Part shown: positions 58,600-60,447 of the stretch, in pieces | Layout: every line of letters begins with the position of its first letter | Position numbering within the stretch: the stretch's first letter is position 1 | Origin: Pirellulales bacterium | Lineage (GTDB): Bacteria; Planctomycetota; Planctomycetia; Pirellulales; UBA1268 | Assembly (NCBI GenBank): GCA_044360305.1 | Contig: JBIKKQ010000003.1 | Coordinates: forward strand, 1 to 60,447 | DNA: 60,447 bases | Reading direction: 5' to 3' | Made by a program: the position numbers and the translations under genes | The notes under the pieces: generated by a model | The model's input: only the letters and a program-made list of their open reading frames with translations | The model's database searches: none | Told to the model about the DNA's origin: nothing

Positions 58600-58617
58600 C
58601 GGGACCGCGGTCCGGGC

Positions 58618-59580
58618 TCACTCGGGAAACAGCCGCGTCGAGAGGTAACGCTCGCCCAGATCGGGCAGCACGACGACCACGAGCTTGCCGGCATTCTCGG
58701 GCCGGCGGGCCACCTGCAGCGCCCCCCAGGCGGCGGCGCCGCAGGAGATGCCGCACATCAGCCCCTCGCGCTTGGCGAGCTGCCGCGCGGTCTCCATGGC
58801 GTCCTCGTCGTCCACCTTCAGCACCTCGTCGATGACGTCGAGGTTGAGGATGTCGGGAATGAAGCCGGCGCCGATCCCCTGGATCGTGTGCCGGCCCGGC
58901 TTGATCGGCTGGCCCGCGAGCTTCTGCGAGATCACCGGGCTGTTGGCCGGCTCGACGGCCACGACCCGCAGGCCGGGCTTGCGGCTCTTGAGCACCTCGC
59001 CCACGCCGGTGATCGTGCCGCCGGTGCCGACGCCGCAGACGACGACGTCCACCTGCCCCTCGGTGTCGGTCCAGATCTCCTCGGCGGTCGTCCGCCGATG
59101 GATCTCGGGGTTGGCGGGGTTCTTGAACTGCTGGGGCATGAAGAACTGGCCGCTGGAGCCGGCGATCTCCTCGGCATGCCGGACGGCACCCGGCATCCCC
59201 TCGGCCGCGGGCGTGAGCACGAGTTCGGCGCCGAGCGCCTTGAGCATCCGGCGCCGCTCCAGGCTCATGCTCTCCGGCATGGTGACCCGCAGCTTGTAGC
59301 CGCGGGCGGCGCAGACGTACGCCAGGCCGATGCCGGTGTTGCCGCTGGTCGGCTCGATGACGATCGTGTCGGAGCCGATGCGGCCCTCGCGCTCGGCCGC
59401 GTCGATCATGGCGCAGGCGATCCGGTCCTTGACGCTCCACAGCGGGTTCATGTTCTCAATCTTGCCGGCGACCGTGGCCACGCAGCCCTCGGTGACGCGT
59501 CGCAGGCGGACGAGCGGCGTCCTGCCGATGCACTGCGTGATGTCGTCGCGAATGCCCGCCGGCAGCCCAGCCGTGACCAT
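58618..59580 (-). CDS. cysK: Cysteine synthase A
   Basis: [46 protein letters not shown]. Confidence 0.96.
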   Translation of the reverse strand: MVTAGLPAGIRDDITQCIGRTPLVRLRRVTEGCVATVAGKIENMNPLWSVKDRIACAMIDAAEREGRIGSDTIVIEPTSGNTGIGLAYVCAARGYKLRVTMPESMSLERRRMLKALGAELVLTPAAEGMPGAVRHAEEIAGSSGQFFMPQQFKNPANPEIHRRTTAEEIWTDTEGQVDVVVCGVGTGGTITGVGEVLKSRKPGLRVVAVEPANSPVISQKLAGQPIKPGRHTIQGIGAGFIPDILNLDVIDEVLKVDDEDAMETARQLAKREGLMCGISCGAAAWGALQVARRPENAGKLVVVVLPDLGERYLSTRLFPE

Positions 59581-59693
59581 CGTTCAGTCTCCCCGGAGTC
59601 GCACATTCAGCCTTTTTGGCACCAGCGGCATTATCGGCAGGGCCCCGAAAAAACTCCACGTTTTCTCCCGCACCGGCGGGCCGTGGGGCCGGC

Positions 59694-60350
59694 TCAGGGG
59701 AGCCGCTTGAGGCGGATCCGGCGGTAGTGGACTTCACTGTCCGGGTCGTGGGCCTGGAGGGCGAGCAGCCCCGCCGAGATTTTTCGTGTTCCGGTCGTTC
59801 CCTCCGGCTCCACGAACTCGTACAGCACCCGGCCGTCCACCTTCACCGTCAGCGCCCTGCCGACGACGATCACCTCCAGCGTGAACCAGGTGTCGTCCTT
59901 GGCCGGCGGCGTGAACAGCTTGACGACGTTGTACAGGCTGCCGGTGCGAACCGGATCCTTCTGCGAGTTGTTGACCTGCACCTCGTGGCCGTGGACCGGC
60001 CAGCCGGTGGGCTGCATCCGCGTGTGGAAGAACACCCCCGAGTTGGCGTTGGGCCGGGTGCGGATCTCCGCCTGAAGGTGGAAGTTGCCCAGTTCGGCCG
60101 GCCGGGCGGCGTCGGGGCCGACGTAAAACAGATGGCTCCGCGGACCATGGGCGACGATCGCGCCATCCACGACCTTGAAGCTGCCAGGGTTTTCATTCGC
60201 CTGCCAGCCTGCCAGACTCTTGCCGTCGAACAGGCTCGTGAAGCCGTCCTCCTCGGCGGGCGTCGTCCGGCCCGCGACACCGGCCGCGACCGCCAGCAGC
60301 CCGACCGCCGTCAGTCGCCGAACCCGTTTCATCCGTCCTGCGTAGTTCAT
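59694..60350 (-). CDS. DUF1080 / 3-keto-disaccharide hydrolase family protein
   Basis: Signal peptide, FTSLFDGKSLAGW, NSGVFF, EVQV, TGSLY, ALQAHD. Confidence 0.9.
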   Translation of the reverse strand: MNYAGRMKRVRRLTAVGLLAVAAGVAGRTTPAEEDGFTSLFDGKSLAGWQANENPGSFKVVDGAIVAHGPRSHLFYVGPDAARPAELGNFHLQAEIRTRPNANSGVFFHTRMQPTGWPVHGHEVQVNNSQKDPVRTGSLYNVVKLFTPPAKDDTWFTLEVIVVGRALTVKVDGRVLYEFVEPEGTTGTRKISAGLLALQAHDPDSEVHYRRIRLKRLP

Positions 60351-60447
60351 CGTCGTGCCTCCGTGTCGTGGGACGGGGCCGATGCCCGACCCGCACCTGA
60401 TCAGCCGCGAGGCGCCGTGAACAGAACGTTGCCACCGCCCTCGGCCA

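Overview
High-GC chromosomal window, very likely from a Planctomycete (planctomycete-type E-x-L-E-x-R-x-x-L-A export motif, stand-alone RpoA-CTD gene, DUF1080/DUF3592/DUF2294 genes). Most of it is housekeeping: tmk-holB, pcrA/uvrD, polX, the tRNA(Thr-Tyr-Gly-Thr)-tuf-tRNA(Trp)-secE-nusG-rplKAJL-rpoBC cluster, dcp, purU, icd, a PPIase and cysK. Three accessory spots stand out. (1) A ~5 kb degraded island (about 1950-7200) is bounded by a truncated thpR-like stub, a serine recombinase remnant and an IS21 remnant. It encodes a ~1030-aa exported protein with the three motifs of a Cys-Gln thioester (TED) domain, two tandem Asp-rich modules and a swappable C-terminal toxin-like tip. It is followed by a candidate immunity gene and an orphan copy of the pre-toxin region, and preceded by a promoter-like site with a C10 tract. 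(2) A divergent DUF2294(MpsC-like) x3 + csrA cluster whose leftward leader ends in a strong cUUCGg-capped intrinsic terminator just before the first ATG, a candidate attenuator or riboswitch. (3) An esterase gene between two 140-bp direct repeats, with an IS91-type transposase scrap and a third, inverted copy of the repeat end. All family assignments are from motif recognition only; no searches were run.
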